Positions 61,833-64,000 of a DNA stretch of 64,000 nt are shown here, in pieces. The notes under the pieces were generated by a model. The model did not search any database. It was not told the DNA's origin and saw only the letters and a list, made by a program, of their open reading frames with translations. Made by a program: the position numbers and the translations under genes. How positions within the stretch are numbered: position 1 is the stretch's first letter; each line of letters begins with the position of its first letter. The stretch covers positions 69,335,238 through 69,399,237 of the forward strand of contig NC_052146.1 of the NCBI RefSeq assembly GCF_902713615.1, given 5' to 3'. The DNA is from Scyliorhinus canicula. Taxonomy: Eukaryota.

Positions 61833-61854
61833 ACTAAAGATTGAAGCCAGGCTA

Positions 61855-62958
61855 TTTCTTGACGGCAAATATAGCCATGATAAGGAAATGGGTAGTGTGT
61901 GTGTGGGGGGGGGGGGGGGGGTCGGGGGTCGGTGTGGGAGCGAGTGGAGGTGGCATCATGTAAGGACACAAGTCTGGGGGCATTGATAACGGCACCTCTG
62001 CCGTTCTCGCCGGTCCGGTATTTCACAAGCCCGGTGGTAGTGGCGGCTCTGAAAGTCTGGGGGCAGTGGAAGAAGCACATGAGAGTGGAGGGAGCATCGC
62101 TCTGGGCCCCAATTTGTAACAATCATTGGTTTGTACCGGGAAGGCTGGATGGGGAGTTTCGGAGATGGCAGAGAGCAGGTATCGAGAGGATGGGGGATTT
62201 ATTCATAGATGGGAGCTTTCCCTGTTTGAAGGATTTAGAGGACAAATTTATTTGAATTTATTTGCCAGCAGGAAATGGATTCAGGTACCTGCAGACACGG
62301 GAGTACTTGCGAAGGCAGGTTTCGAACTTTCCACTCCTACCACCACGGGGGATAAAGGAAATGGTAGTTTCTAGACTGGGGGTGGGAGAGGGGAAGTTAT
62401 CGGATATCTACAAAGAACTCATGGAGTCGGAGTAACTCAGAGAGAGGAGCTAATGGGCAAATGGGAAGATGAGCTGGGGAGAGAGATAGAGGCAGGTCTG
62501 TGGGCGGATGCCTTGGGTAGAGTCACTATGTCCTCATCATGTACCAGACTTAGCCTGATACAATTTAAGGTAGTTCACCGGGTACACATGACGATGGCCC
62601 GGATGAGCAAGTTTTTTGGGATAGAGGAGAGGTATGCGAGGTGTGCGGGGGGGGGGGGGGGGGGGGGGGGGGGTGGGGGGGGGGCAGCAAATCATGTCCA
62701 TATGTTTTGGGAAAGCACAAAGCTTAGGGGATTCTGGCAGGGTTTTGCAGATGTCATGTCCATAGTACGAAAAACACGGGTGGTGCTGAGTCCAGAGGTG
62801 AAGTCCAGACGTGATGATTTTTGGAGTGTCGGAAGGTCCAGGAGTCCAGGGGGCGAGGGAGGCTGACGCCCTGGCCTTTGCCTCCCTGGTCGCTCGGAGA
62901 TGGACATTGCTAGTGTGGAGGGATTCAAAGCCCCCAAAATTGGAGACCTGGGTTAGCT
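61855..62958 (+). mobile_element. L1-clade ORF2 C-terminal fragment
   Basis: WGQWKKHMRVEGASLWAPICNNHW, SLIQFKVVHRVHMT and NHVHMFW. Confidence 0.9.
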
Positions 62959-62959
62959 A

Positions 62960-63755
62960 CAGTGAAAGAAAGGCGACATAGTTCCAAGTCAGCATTGTGG
63001 GTGTTTGTAGGAGACCTTGTTGGTGGTAACATTCCCATGTATCTGCTGCCTTTGACCTACTAGGTGGTAGTGATTGTGTGTCTGGAAGGTGCTGTCGAAG
63101 GAGCGTGGTGAGCTGCTGCTGGGGTCTTGGGGATGAAACACGCTGCTGCCACTTGTCTTGGTGGTGGAGGTAAGTAACATTTAAAGTGCAAAATTGGGTG
63201 CCAATGATTCGGTTACTTTGTCCTGTCTGGTGTTGAGCTTCTTGAGTGTTGTTGGAGCCGCACTCGTTCAGACAAGTGGAGCAATGTATGGTAGAAAGGC
63301 TTTGGGGAGACAGGCGGTGAATTGCATAGCTAGAATTCCCACCCTGCAACCTGCTCTTGTAGCCACAGTATTTAATTATTTTTAAAGGATTTTTATCCAG
63401 TTAAGGGGCATGGCAATCCATCTACCCTGCACATCTTTGAGTTTTGGGGTGAGACCCACACAGACCCAGGGAGAATGTGCAGTCTCCACATGGACAATGA
63501 CCCTGGGAACAGTCCTCAGCGCCGTGAGACAACAGTGCTAACCACCGCTGTGCCACCCCCACACCAACAGTATTTATATGGCTTCTCCAGTTAAGTTTCT
63601 GGTCGACGGTATGCCCCAGGGATGTTGATAGGAGGGGATTCAGTGATGAGAATACCACTGAATGTCATGGGGAGATGGTTAGATTCCCTTACAGTGGAGA
63701 TGGTCATTGCCTGGCACCTCTGTGGTGCAAATGTTATTTTGCAGGCCCATCTGTT
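62960..63755 (-). mobile_element. Old CR1/L2-group LINE fragment interrupted by a short V-SINE (63375-63566, minus)
   Basis: TFSGILITESPPINI and DQKLNWRSHINTV. The SINE is flanked by ACAGTATTTA at 63365-63374 and 63567-63576. Confidence 0.72.
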
Positions 63756-64000
63756 ACATAGAACATAGAACATAGAACAGTACAGCACAGAACAGGCCCT
63801 TCGGCCCTCGATGTTGTGCCGAGCCATGATCATCCTACTCAAACCCACGTATCCACCCTATACCCGTAACCCAACAACCCCCCTCCCTTAACCTTACTTT
63901 TTAGGACACTACGGGCAATTTAGCATGGCCAATCCACCTAACCCGCACATCTTTGGACTGTGGGAGGAAACCGGAGCGCCTGGAGGAAACCCACGCACAC
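63755..64000 (-). mobile_element. V-SINE long form, runs off the window end
   Basis: (ACATAGA)n tail and V domain. Confidence 0.88.

Overview
Repeat-dominated vertebrate genomic DNA. The repeat set (V-domain tRNA SINEs with CR1 tails, Penelope elements with hammerhead ribozymes, L1/CR1/L2 LINEs, Harbinger) suggests a cartilaginous fish, probably a shark; this is inference. The main find is a five-exon minus-strand gene (46717-53554) that the ORF track shows only in part. It encodes a single V(J)-type Ig domain, a TM helix and a long tail with an ITSM (TIYATV) and ITIM or ITIM-like motifs (VDYSTV, MVYSQL). It is therefore a candidate non-rearranging inhibitory immunoreceptor of the CD28/CTLA-4/PD-1/NKp30 type. 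All five exons join in frame with matching splice phases, one junction via a GC-AG intron. Other content: a near-intact 3.7-kb hAT transposon (perfect 16-bp TIRs, 8-bp TSD, one frameshift) inserted in an L1 RT; a Penelope element and several pLTR/hammerhead mini-insertions; a solo LTR nested in an L1; a CR1 fold-back with perfect 81-bp arms; about 25 SINE copies of three families; a 2-kb CT/CA minisatellite with an 84-N gap; and an unidentified CpG-rich region with plus-strand exon-like segments (low confidence). No CRISPR, rRNA or true tRNA genes were found.
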